A stretch of 64,000 bases of DNA, taken from the NCBI RefSeq assembly GCF_009834535.1, contig NC_045696.1, forward strand, positions 75,270,001 through 75,334,000. The letters run 5' to 3'. A program made the position numbers and the translations under genes. Numbering within the stretch: position 1 is the first letter of the stretch; each line of letters opens with the position of its first letter. The notes beneath the pieces were generated by a model that ran no database searches, was not told the DNA's origin, and saw nothing but the letters and a program-made list of their open reading frames with translations. The DNA comes from Camelus ferus (lineage: Eukaryota). This document shows positions 52,226 through 63,583 of this stretch, piece by piece.

Positions 52226-53366
52226 AAATGATAAGAATAAAAAAGTTTTGTTAGCAAAAAAAGCTATTATAGACAATTATAAAAAGCACCCTTTTTTGGT
52301 TCCCCCAATACAAACATTATAACCCTTCTGGGTGTATGTGCATGTTTGTGGATGTGTGTATCTGGAACTTATTTTCAGACATTCTTTCCTCTAATTTGAA
52401 CATTTCTGAAATCATAAATTTTATAAAACTAAAATTCATTCTCATTTATATTACTTGAAAGTAGACGATGAGATACTACCTAGAATTCACCATACTGATA
52501 CAGGTTCTTGGCTAGGCCAATCCTAGCTTATTGGATGGCTGGAGAGACAAGTCAGGCTTGATTACTGACAGGTCTCTGCCAACGGCTGGACAGTATCTCC
52601 CACCCCCAAGAAGCTGCTGCACAGTGATGATGTGGTTGTCAACAAGTCTGGGACTTGGAAGTGACCACCTAGGAATATGTCCAAGGAACCATCTCTACAC
52701 GGATACTGCTGGGGTAAGGGCCAGGGACTCAGGGTAGGTCTCTGCTCAAGAGTTAGTTAGCCACCAGAGAGGCTGTATAGAGATGTAGTCTGTGGATGGG
52801 TTCCCCAGATGTGCTTGGTTTAGGACCTCAGCTTGAGGGCTGGGGTTGGAAGCCTGGGGCTCTTTTGATTACTGGGACCACGGATTTATGGGAAAGGGCC
52901 TGGCTTTTTGGCTTAGAGAACGCTGGAGATGAGGTCAAAGGAAAGTTTGTACCAACATGGGTTCAAGTTTGAAGAGGGAAAAAAGGTGGTGGTGGTAGGT
53001 GCCCAGAGAGGTGCGAATAGAAATGGAAGAGGCTGGAGACTTGTGAAAGTTTCCTTTCATAGAATTCAGGAACTGATGGTAGTTGGAAAATTCTGCAGTC
53101 ACTCAAAAGTGCCGTTTATTCCTAGCCTTAAATGAAAATGTCCTGTGAACAGGCTGGGGCTGAGCATGATGCAAGAGTGGTGGACTTGAGTCGTGATTCT
53201 CTCATGAACTTGTGTTATTACCTTGAGAAAGCCAGTTAAACTTTTGAGTCTCATGTTCTTAAATTGTAGGAGAGGAGGAAAAGTGATTGTTTTCTTGTTC
53301 TCCCTTCCTACAAGGTATCTTTAAAAAAAGTTCTCACCTTTGTAAAGGGCAGATACTTATTTAGAG

Positions 53367-53587
53367 CAGCACTGTCCAGGAGTATTTTTCTGCAGTGATG
53401 AAGTGTTCTGTGATCCTGCACTGACTGATGCAGTAGCCACCAGCCACTAGCCACTAGCCACATACGGCTCAGACTGAGCACTTGAACTGTAACTAGTGAG
53501 ACTAGGTTAAAGAATCTTAAGTGAAATGAAATGAAATTTAATTACTTTAGCTTCATGTGGCTGATGACCATCGTATTGTATAGCTCT
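53367..53587 (+). mobile_element. MER3 (hAT-Charlie)
   Basis: 'cagcactgtcca...tgcagtgatgaagtgttct...gtagccaccagccactagccac...tgagcacttgaa...catgtggct', with a local (agccact) expansion. Confidence 0.8.
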
Positions 53588-53709
53588 GGTCTAGATAGCT
53601 TTGAAACACAGAGTATGCTTCTAAATTACAATGTGTGCAGGGGATGATGCCGAAAATATTTTGTAAATGGCATAAAACAAGGGAAAAGCTCTCTCTTATT
53701 AGGTGCCCT

Positions 53710-53862
53710 CTCTCCTTGAAGGCTGCCACCAGTGTTTTGAACCATCAGAGAACGTTCGTTGTAATTTACACAGCAGATTCAATATAGGGCGTATCACTTA
53801 TCAGCATGGCACTTGAAACTTAATTGTTTTCCATGAAGATTGGAGATTTCAAATAAAATTAC
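53710..53862 (-). pseudogene. RGS22-like exon remnant
   Basis: Acceptor ttttatatttag; *NLQSSWKTIKFQ vs recalled WISSSCKIIAFR; later DGSKHWWQ vs NGLLFWQ. Confidence 0.6.
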
Positions 53863-54114
53863 CTAAATATAAAAGCACTTCATCAAAGACTAAAGCTATA
53901 TTTCTCAAGTTCCACCATTATAAATTGAGAGTATTCTCTTCTTAGGGCATGATGTTCATTGGTCTATAAAGGAAAGCTTTTCTCTTGTTGCTTAAGAAAT
54001 ATATCTTAGACCAGCCTCCTGAATATTCTTTGGGCTTAAAACTCTGGGAATTGTGTTGATTGATGCCATCATTCAAACCCCCTATTCCTCACTTTAACAT
54101 CTTATAATAAATAC

Positions 54115-54224
54115 TTGAAATTTCCTCATAGATTAATTTCTTTCAAAAGTATTCAGTATTTAGAAAGAACTTGGATCTCAGCCAGCAGTGGTCCACATGG
54201 AAGAGCCAAGATATATGCACTCAT
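54115..54224 (-). pseudogene. RGS22-like exon remnant
   Basis: GPLLAEIQ (cf. APVLVEIQ) and, in another frame, WLRSKFFLNTEYF (cf. WLPLFLASEQF). Confidence 0.55.
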
Positions 54225-54307
54225 GTAAATAGAGACAAGTTTACATGAATGAGACCCATGGAGAATGTTTATATATTCACACGACTCTCAAAGCTTTTAT
54301 GACTCAC

Positions 54308-54439
54308 TTATGCTACATATAGTTTTCCACAATTTTGGCCCAATGTTAACTGAGTACCATTAGTTAAAGAATTCCTCTCTCTGTAATTAAAACCCTTGTA
54401 TTCTTTTTAAATTTCAACATGGATAATCAACTTGAATAG
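54308..54439 (-). pseudogene. RGS22-like exon remnant
   Basis: LFKLIIHVEI*KEYKGFNYRERNSLTNGTQLTLGQNCGKLYVA*, then a phase-0 donor gtgagt (54307-54302); cf. DLMCWTDIEQFRRITYRDRN...FGPNSPASLYQQNQ. Confidence 0.65.
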
Positions 54440-55619
54440 CTACTGTTTTTTTTCTGGGCATCTGACGGGGATTTATTGGAGTGTCTGTGTGACTATTTGA
54501 CTGAAATGACCATGTGGAAGCAAAAGGGGCATAAATGGAGAACTAAGTATCTTCTTGTTCTTTCCCTTTTATTTCTTTTTTTTTTTTTTTTTCCCCAGTC
54601 ACTTCCTTTTGTTTTCCTGAAAGCTTTGGGAATAGTGGAATGGTGGAAAGCACATAGGGAAATCCGACCTCCAAAAACATTCCAGCTCTGCGGCCCTGTG
54701 CTCAACTCACAGTGTCCTCTGGTACAAAATGGGAATGCCAATATCTATAGAGATAAGAATGTAGAGTATTCAGTACCCAGCAAACAGGAGCTGTTTAATA
54801 AATGGTTATTAATATTATTGGCCAGACTTCCTTGTCATTCTCTCTTTTCTCTCTTTCCCTTTTTGTTTTCCTCATTTTTTTTGTTCTTTGTTTTCTGTTA
54901 ATTTTAATCATCATTTTCATATTCCTTTTGGCAGTCTTAAAACTTTAATGGGATAAACATACAGGTATAACTAACAAAATAATCTTCATTTCTATCTTCT
55001 TTGTCCACCTCCTTTTCCTTAGTCTGCAAATCTATGGTCATCCCAACTAACTAGTCTGTATAAATATTTTTGTACCTCTGTGTATACATTATACATTAAA
55101 AATATGTTAAAGTTGTAGAAACTCACTAAGATAAAACAACGTAAGCAAGAATAAAAAAATGAGTAAGTACCTACTTTACATCAGGGTCTGGAATTAGATA
55201 CTTTCAGTAAGGAAGGAATGTGTGCTGTGTGCATCCTAACTCCAGCTGCTTCCATGAACAGAGATTTGACATTGATGGGTTCACACCCAGATTAGGTTCA
55301 TATCCCTTGATTAATACTTTTCTGCACTGGTACTTATATAGAAATGAATGCTATTAGAATTTAAAAGAAAATCATCAGACGAAATCTATTTTTGCTTTGA
55401 AAAAATCCACCCAGCATGTAGGCAGCATTAATTAAGTGAGTTTAGATTGGCTGTCACAGTAAAATCCTGTAGGGGAGAACCTTTGGCCCTTATAATACAG
55501 CTCAGTGAGGCTCAGTTTCACACTCAACCAGGCAAACTCTCTACAGCTTTAAGACTTTAAAATACTTTAAGTATTTTAAAAACTTGAACAATTTCTTGGG
55601 TTTCTTTTTTAAGCACTAC

Positions 55620-55771
55620 TCATCAAGAGGATGTTGTGGTTGAGAATGAGTTGGAAAAGGAAATGATCTCTTGTTTCTTTATCTGGAGTGCCATTAGCTG
55701 GATGTATCTTCTCAGATCTCTTCCTAAATCTGTCACACTAGATATGGAAGAATATTTAGAATTCTTATGTT
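55620..55771 (-). pseudogene. RGS22-like exon remnant
   Basis: Acceptor tgtttccttacag; EHKNSKYSSISSVTD...KKQEIISFSNSFSTTTSS* vs recalled NKLEFEHFRQFLETHSSS. Confidence 0.5.
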
Positions 55772-57797
55772 CTGTAAGGAAACAGCCATATGATGACACA
55801 GAAAAAAATTTCTTCACTTCTTCACCTTGCAGCTATGTTTCCTTTTTGAGAAAGAAGGCCATTGGGCTAGCACTGTATGTCTGAAAAATTTTTTTTCAAT
55901 GAACCTAAGTTCCAGGGGTCATGACTCAGTTAACCATTCTGGTTAAAGGATGGTAATCTGGAAGAAAGCTTATCCACACACTTTCCAACATATTTGTCTA
56001 CTACTTAAGGTTTAGGCATAAAATGGAAATTTAAAGAAATTTGATAAATACAGTGAAATGAAATTATTTAGTTGATAGGAGGTAAGTACTGAATTGGGTG
56101 TCAGAAAACCTGGTCTTTTTCTAGCTGGTTTTGTATCCATAGGCAATCAATATGAACTCTTTGGGCCTGAGTTTTCTCATTGTAAAATTAATATAGTTAT
56201 GTCTGCACAAAATAATTGTGAAGATTAGAAGAATTTATGCATATGAAAGTACTTTGCAAACTCGAAGTCTTTTAGTAGACCTGTAGATTCTGGATCACTT
56301 TGGTCACTTCTGGAATATGTTTCAGAGGAGAGTCCATATCTTGCCTGGAAGTTGGTTGGAGCAGATGACCTTTAAGCTTCATTCTAACCTTGGGTCTATC
56401 ACAGGAGGATTAAATCTTTCTGTGGGTGAGCTATCCATAGTGCTGAATCTGAGCATATTATTTTATAAAGGGAAGTTATATTTTATGAGGGATATGTTTT
56501 TAAAGACTTTGCATAATACATAATTTGAATAATCCAAGGCTAATTTCCCCCAAATTAACAAGTGTAAAGGAGAGTGCACTGTCAGAGTTCAGAAATCTAC
56601 AACCATCGTGACAATTTCTCCCTTTCTTTTCTTTCTCTTCCTTCTCCCTTCTTTTCTTTCCCTCCTCCTCCCTTATTCCCTTTTGTCCTCTGCATTTTTC
56701 TTCTCTTCCTCCTCCTCCTCTTCCACTCCTTTTCCTCTTTCAGAGCTGCTTTTTTATAACTAGATGCAGAATTATCTATTATTTATTAGAGCTCTCTCTC
56801 CTAAATCAGTGGCTTATTTTTCTTGGCACTTGCTTGTCCTTCTTTAAAGTGTTTTAGCATATCTGACCTTTCTTCTAAAGTGATTTATTTTGGGGGTTTG
56901 TTCTTTGCACTAGATTTGATTAATGACTAAAAACATTGTTATAGTATATTAAAAAGGTGTATAATCATAACAGTGAATGTTAAAATAACAGCCAAACAGT
57001 CACCAGAATTATCCAGCTAAGTTTTAATACATATAGCAATATGGTTCACATGATTCTGGCAAAGAATATCAGTTATTAATGCCATTTGGTGACTGCATAA
57101 GAAGCTTATAATTCACTTGGCTTGCTAAATTTAAAATTGTGTAGTTCTAGATTTTTGAAAATATGGATGTTCATTATATACAATTTTGTGTATAAACTTC
57201 ATTCATATTTTCTGTATCACAGTATTTCAAATTTGTATAATTTAAATGTGCACAAAATGCCAGTCACATTACATTTTAGGTAACATGTGTTTACCACTCT
57301 TACAATAGGAATTTTCCCTATTACTTGCCAATATTTATTCACAGAAACCTAGGTCAGCTAAATTTAATACTTTAAAAATGACAAGTGCAGCAGCTTATTA
57401 GAAAGCAATAATGAATGAAAGCACTTGAATAAGATGTTTTCAGCTTATTTCAACATATGGGTTTTCTTTATGAGGACCATCTACACTCAGGCTAATGGTT
57501 AAACCACTGCTGGAGCCCCTGATGCATTCTCTCCCCTGTGGGTGGGGTTTCCACAGTAATATTTCATCCTTTCAATAGAGATATTGTAGAGTAGTGGTAG
57601 GAGAACATGACTGGAGCAAGAAGACTTAATTCAAGTTGCTGTCCCACTAGTTACTAGCTTTAAGATCTCAGAAAGACACAACCATTCAGTCTATGTTTCT
57701 TTCTTCAGACAAAGGAAGGGGGAACTATTTCCCAGAGTATTTGGGTTTCAAATAAGATCTTTTGGATGACTGCATTCTATAACTTCTAAAGTGTTAT

Positions 57798-57931
57798 GGT
57801 GGGGGGAGTGTATAGCTCAGTGGTAATATGTGTGCTTCGCATGCACGAGGTCCTGGTTTCAATCCCCAGTACCTCCATTAAATATAAACAAACAAACAAA
57901 CAAACAAACAAAGGTAATCCCCCCCACCCAA
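57798..57931 (+). mobile_element. tRNA-Ala-derived SINE (camelid vic-1 type)
   Basis: tRNA-Ala(CGC)-like head with A box 'tagctcagtgg' and degenerate B box 'ggtttcaatccc', (AAAC)n body, C-run, and TSD taaa(g/c)tgttat at 57787-57797 / 57932-57942. Confidence 0.85.
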
Positions 57932-58440
57932 TAAACTGTTATATAAACACCAAGATGTTATTACTGGTAAAACATATCTTCTCTGAACACTACTCAAAGC
58001 ACAATAAAATGTGAAAAAAATGATACTCTTAAAAATCTGTGATTACCAAGATGCTTGCCCTTATCAGATCAATCTATATTTATTTTTTTTACTACCATTT
58101 TGGAGGAAAGAATGTCACAAATTCACTATAACAATATACATGTGCACTGTAATACACTTTATAGTCTTAGGATTTTCTGAATGTTACTCCATTTAAAGTC
58201 TTATAATACACAATAATGCTCTGAAGACTTTTGTTTGACTTAATCCAAAACTGATAATCAGTTGAAGATTCCTTTTCTCTGTTTCTTGTATTTTTACTTC
58301 TTACTGAGTATTTTCTTTTACTTGTGGAAGACTTATTGAACATTTGCTATTCAAATAACAATACACACTGATAGCAAAGCTGATATACATTGGTATTCAC
58401 ATTTTTTGACAGGAATATGAAGGGAGTTCACCATCTTTAC

Positions 58441-58548
58441 TTGTCTTCCTTTGTTTTTCTCATATTCAACAATTTCTCTTGTCCTTTCCATAAGAATCAA
58501 AGAATGCAAGTATAAATAAATAAATCTTCCAAAGACATGAAATCTGAG
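58441..58548 (-). pseudogene. RGS22-like exon remnant
   Basis: ttttag|..SDFMSLEDLFIY (frameshift) LILMERTREIVEYEKNKGRQ|gtaaag vs recalled PPFEDLFDTAEEYILLLLLEPWTKMVKSDQIAYKK. Confidence 0.6.
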
Positions 58549-58845
58549 CTAAAATTTCAATAGTGAAAGAGAAAAAATTCCAAATTCCTTCTTTAGGTAA
58601 CTTTTTTTTTTGCCTCTTTTATTGTCCCTGGAATTAGAACAATACCCTTGCAGATCTCTGAGATATGGACTCTCAAGGTATAATGGACAAGTTATAAATA
58701 AAAAAGCATTGTTAGGGAGTTTTTAGCTTCACAGTTAGCACATTTACTTGTTTTTGTGCTGCGCATGTTCTACTATTGTTCTTCACCCTATAAATTTATC
58801 ATGTTTTTTAATTAAAATAATGTTATTTACTCTGTTCTCACTTAC

Positions 58846-58923
58846 TTTGAAGCCTGAGGTGATATAGATCAATAAGATTTGATGACAAATTTCATAAAGT
58901 TGTCAGGAAAATATGATTATCTA
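58846..58923 (-). pseudogene. RGS22-like exon remnant
   Basis: Strong donor AA|gtaagt at 58845-58840; DNFMKFVIKS (cf. FFFTKFCEHS) and LIDLYHL (cf. WFDLQAYHQL). Confidence 0.45.
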
Positions 58924-59239
58924 CTAGAATTTTAAAAATTCGGAGTACAACTGTTGCCACCACCTTTATTTATTCTAGAGATGAAGTAGCAAAATTTATG
59001 TCATAACACTAAACCTCAAGTCATTGTCCTATAAAATATCTTTCACCTGAGTACTGAGAATCTCATTAGTTTCTTTATCACTTCAAAACTGCTAAGCTAT
59101 GAGAATTTTTATCTGTAATGTAAAAAGCAAAGGAAAGAGTTGTTGTAGCCTACTTAATTCTCGATTCCCAAATTTCGTCACCCTAAACTTAATCTCTGTC
59201 CTCCTCTCATATTTCAGTAATGATTTCGGAAATATTACT

Positions 59240-60281
59240 CAGACTTTAGTTAACTGAGTCACCTTAGCAACAGTGGACATGAAGTTTCCAGTAAGATTTC
59301 AATTGTGTCAGGCAAAGGTACTTTTCCTTCCAAGTATATTCATCTGTAGTTTCACCTTTAGGGAGACAACCTATTTAAAAATAAGTTGTTTATAGAAATC
59401 TTCTGTTTCCAAGGATTTTTGAATTTTTCTCTTTAAACATATTTCCAGACAAGACAAAAATAATTTAATGCAAGTACTGAAACTTTCAAAACGATAATAT
59501 TTTCCTAATATTCTCTGTTGGTTGCACAGGAAGAAAAACAGCAGTCATCAAAGTAAATCATAAAAATTGAGATTCTGCAGTCAAAGTTTATTTTACAACC
59601 CTCTTGTTACTTGCATAGTTTTTGAAACTTCTTCTCTGCCCTGCAGCACTATTTGCACCTCCTCCTCTAATTGTTTCACTCATATGATTCCTGAGCATTA
59701 TTCTAATTCCCACAAACAGCAGGAGACTTCAGCATTCCACTGGATACTGCCTTTCGTGTTATCTTTGCAAAAGTCTTCCTTTAGTAATAACTACTTGATT
59801 CCCACTGTGCAGCCATGTAGAAACTCCAGACTCACAAACACATTGAGGCTTGTTACAGAAATATGATGAGAATCAATGAAAAAAACTTTTGGATGTGAAC
59901 ATTAATCTTCCTTTTATCAAGCTGTAAACCAAAAAATCTGATTTGACTTTCCAAATTAGCCACGCAGTTCACTCTCATCATGCCGAGGAAAATCAGGAGT
60001 CAACTCTTCTTTAGTATCACTGCCTCTATTTTGGAAAATGTCACAGCTGCAGCCAAAGAAGTAGAGGTTTCCTTAGTTCCCCTTTCCAAAAGCACCCTTG
60101 TGCAGATTCCTGGGTAGAAATGCAGAGCTCCTCGGAGTTATCCTTAGTCTCCTCCAGTGGGCCACTTTGTCCTTGGATGGTATTTATTTTCCTAAATCAA
60201 GCCTTCTCAAGAGATATTCCCCATGCATCTAAATCTGTTCACAGATTCCATATGAGGCACTTGCTAATTTGCTTCCATGGT
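59240..60281 (-). pseudogene. Large RGS22-like exon remnant(s)
   Basis: Strong acceptor ttttatttattttctag; IYFDDCCFS, NREY*ENIIVLKVSVLALNYFCLVWKYV*REKFKNP (cf. NRKEFERFKKFIKGTLGERYWWLWMDIERLKVLKDP), WKEKYLCLTQLKSYW (cf. WNEEHLRNIQ...LYW). Confidence 0.6.
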
Positions 60282-60759
60282 CTAGAAAATAAATAAAAGC
60301 TCTCTGTACTTCTTCCGAGTAGAAATTCATAATCCACAGTTGGTTGGGGTATGATTTCTCCCTCTTTTAAATATAAGGTTTCTTGAACTAGGCAGATATA
60401 GTATTTCTAGATATCACTCATCAGGGAATCTCCCTGGTAACTAACTTTTCTCTTTGATGATTTGTGTTTTGAGAAAGTTCTTTCAATTAAAGATGAACAA
60501 ACTAGAAGTTGTATACCATATATAAATATGGACCTAAGGACATACAAACATAAAAAGGTATTACTAAAAAGTGACAGTTCCCTATTTGCAAAAGTGTTGG
60601 AGTATTAAGGCCTCTCTCTCTGTCTTTAATATATTTAAATGATTAGGGGTAGTTTATGAGGGAATATTAGTTAGTGGTTTTGCATTTTAAAAGTGATGTT
60701 TCTAAACAATATATCATCATAATAATTTCATAAGATATGGGGTTTTGATGGTCAGTATT

Positions 60760-60918
60760 TTTCCATGAAGCCTGGGAGAGTTTCTCCTTTAACCAGAATT
60801 TGCAACTTGGGTGACACTTATCTATAATTTAAAAAGGTAAAGTATAGATTACTTAGAAAATATTGACTGAACTATTAAACGCATAACTAAGTTTTCTTCT
60901 CTTGGTTTCTATCTATCA
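60760..60918 (-). pseudogene. RGS22-like N-terminal exon remnant
   Basis: Acceptor ttttccctcttttaaacag; IDRNQEKKT*LCV**FSQYFLSNLYFTFLNYR* vs recalled LSREEGIKWIKKERLPAFLESDCYFEYRL. Confidence 0.55.
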
Positions 60919-61753
60919 CTGTTTAAAAGAGGGAAAACATTATTGATAAAGTTCATAGTGAGGAAATGAAAGACTGCCCAGATTTGGAGTTAATAACTTC
61001 CTGCCAAAAATCTTCCCACTTGCATGCCAATAGCCCTGTGAGGCAATGTGATGATGTTATGCAAAACAAGGTGAATAAAATATTAATTATTAATGTCTTA
61101 ATTTAAAAATGGAACCAGTGTTGATGTGGCTGGCAGGTTTGGCAAGGATTAGCAATAGCTGCCTTGATCTCTGGCTGCCTTTTGATGGTACTAACACTCG
61201 CAAGCTAATATTGTAGTGCTAGCTGTATGCCTCAATGTCATAAGGTAATAGTCACTCCATGGGGTCTATAAAAGAAGTATTCTTAACTGTGAGTTTCTTG
61301 GGCTAATATATCATTATTGCTATTTGGGGCTTTCTCCATGAGCTTATGAAGTACTGACAGCTACTGGTCTTAGCCCCACCCCTGCTCCTATCTATCAAGG
61401 GCAGTTAGTGATAGAGCCTAGACAGACCCAGGACTTCACAGCCCTTACTCATCAACAAGATCACTCTGCTTTGTAATCAGTGGACCTCTCTTCTCAGTCT
61501 GCTGCCTTATACCCAGTGGCGTTAAACAGAGGCAGTATCCCTGGAGGAGCTGTCCCACATTCAAGGTTTTGAAAAAAGTATGAGTGGAAGGAGGAAGAAT
61601 TTCTAGCTGGGTGAAGGATTTATATATTTGTTTAGGTAAGAAAGGGAGAATGTTGTAAATGAGTGCTTTTGATAAATGTTTGGTAAGACTGGGAAGTCAG
61701 GGTCATTAGCAAAGAGAAACAATTGGAGGGTGAAGGTTAAACTGAGATTTAGG

Positions 61754-62094
61754 CTGCACTGTCCAATATAACAGCCACTAGTCACATAATCACTATTAAC
61801 CACTTGAAATGTGGCTAGTCTGAAAGGTGATGTGCTACAAGTGTAAACTACACATCTGCATTTGAATACTTAGTATAAAAAATAATGTAAACTATTTCAT
61901 TAATTATTTTATATAATTACATGTTAAAATGATAATATTTTAGATATATTATGTTAAATAAAATAAATCATCAAAATTAATCTCAGCCGTTTCTTTTTAT
62001 TTTGCTTTAATGTGGCTACTAGAAAATTTAATTGCAAATTTACATATATGGCTCACATTTGCAGCTTGCATTATGTTTCTATTGGACAGTGTTG
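61754..62094 (+). mobile_element. MER33 (hAT-Charlie)
   Basis: Termini 'ctgcactgtccaatat' / 'ctattggacagtgttg'; internal 'aaatgtggctagtc', 'acatgttaaaatgataatattttagatat', 'aatgtggctactagaaaattta'. Confidence 0.88.
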
Positions 62095-62259
62095 CTCTAA
62101 AATTTGAACTTGAGGGGGATATTGCTTAGGAGATGCTGAAGGAAAGATCTGAGTAGATAAGTGATAAAATGGAAATTTTACTTGAGGATTGTGTTATTGT
62201 GGCTTTTGTGGCTTAGAAAAATTTGCAGGGAGAAGCCACTAGAGAAGCAGAAGAGATAA

Positions 62260-63430
62260 CTGATAACAATTATTGTGCACTGACTTCCAGGCACCCTGGT
62301 CCATTATCTTTCTTAATCCTCATAACTACCTTGGTATGTAAATATTCTTATTTCACATGTGAGAAAGTTGAGGTTTAAAACACGGAAGTAATTTGCCCCA
62401 AATTACCTAACCTAATGAAAGAAAATTAGGGATTCAAACTCAGATCTGCTTCATGTCCTTCCACTTGACCAGGGAGATGGAGAAGACTGGCAAGAGCTTC
62501 TAGGGACATGACTCTGGAGATGGGGAACACCTAGAAAATGCTACAACAGAAAAGCAAGCAGGCATTGGGAAGAGACCAGTATAAATGGTTAAGAAATGAG
62601 GGATTTAAACAAAGCTTTAGAACCAAGAACCCTGGTGATATAGTGGCAGATAGGATAATGTCCCAAGTTCCAAGTTGGGGGTTATGCTGGTAAAAAAGTG
62701 CTGCTTTCTTCAAAACACAATCTGTGAATTAATTCCAGTAACATACACTAATTGGGCTCCCATCATATGTAAGACACTGTCCAGCAGGATGGGAGGCAAA
62801 AAGAACCATTAAAGATAGTCCTCTAGTCTCTTGTCTACTTGGAAAGGCAAGAAATAAGCCTCTGAAACCATTGACTTGTAACAAAGCTTGAGGTAATGGA
62901 GATAATGGAGCCTGACTAGGCATTAGGAAGTGTAACTTCTTTCTCACCCTAGATCTCTGGATAACTAGCAGCATGACCTTGTATGAGTTAATGTTCAGTT
63001 TTCTTAGCTGTGTAAAGTTGGCATAACATTATCTTTCCCACCTCTCATGCTGTTATGAGGACCAAAACCCAGATGAGGCTATGTGTATGATTATGCCTTA
63101 TGAATTGTCAAGTGCTATACCTGACTTGAAAATCCTTTCATTAGTTGTTACTGGATTAGACCAAGGTATATGACCATTGTTTCTTGGGGACCTTTATTAA
63201 ATCTACAGATGTTGTCAGGCTTCTAACTCATTCCCAGTAGCACCTGAATGTGAACTCCATCAACTAAGTTAGCTATTTTCAAAAGTAACATTTTTGAGCA
63301 CATATAACTCATTATTACTTCTTATAGCAACTCTGTAAAGTTGGTATTGTTAGCCCCATTTTACTAATAAAAAACTCAAAGCTCTGAGTTTAAGTAACTC
63401 TATTTTAAGTGTGAGAGGATGGCCTTAAAT
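62260..63430. mobile_element. Cluster of MIR fragments
   Basis: MIR cores at ~62270-62450 (minus), ~62900-63120 (plus) and ~63280-63430 (minus). Confidence 0.6.
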
Positions 63431-63464
63431 CTGTGTTCTCTGTTGTACAAGGTGCTGTGTTCTT

Positions 63465-63583
63465 GCCTCCAATTCCCAGAGTCTGATTCTGTGGGTCTGG
63501 AGTAGGGTATCACAGTAGGTATCTGTATATTTTTAAAAACTTCCTAGAAATTTCATTAGGCATCAAAGCTTAGGAACCACTGC
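63465..63583. mobile_element. MER5-type hAT relic
   Basis: 'cccagagtctgattctgtgggtctggagtaggg...atctgtatattttt...ggaaccactgctctag'. Confidence 0.65.

Larger units (their letters stand above)
51950..61270 (-). pseudogene. Decayed multi-exon RGS22-like gene (unprocessed pseudogene)
   Basis: About 15 exon remnants in RGS22 order, many with AG/GT sites and all carrying stops or frameshifts. Examples: IDRNQEKKT*LCV**FSQYFLSNLYF..YR; YFDDC..NREY*E...NYFCLVWKYV*REKFKNP; WKEKYL..Q.LKSYW; LEDLF..LILMER; I*KEYKGFNYRERN..LGQN..LY; GPLLAEIQ; *NLQSSWKTIKF; MLFELLLRF. Compared with RGS22 from memory. Confidence 0.7.

Noticed and set aside
51833..52276. 147-aa minus ORF as an intact gene
   Set aside because: Non-ATG start; only sub-segments resemble RGS22. 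It is better explained as read-through across pseudo-exons and introns.
57801..57877. Functional tRNA-Ala gene
   Set aside because: D- and T-arm mismatches, an (AAAC)n extension, no oligo-T terminator and flanking TSDs indicate a SINE.
51950..61270. The true RGS22 or RGSL1 gene
   Set aside because: Stops and frameshifts in nearly every segment and very low identity, so no gene symbol was assigned.
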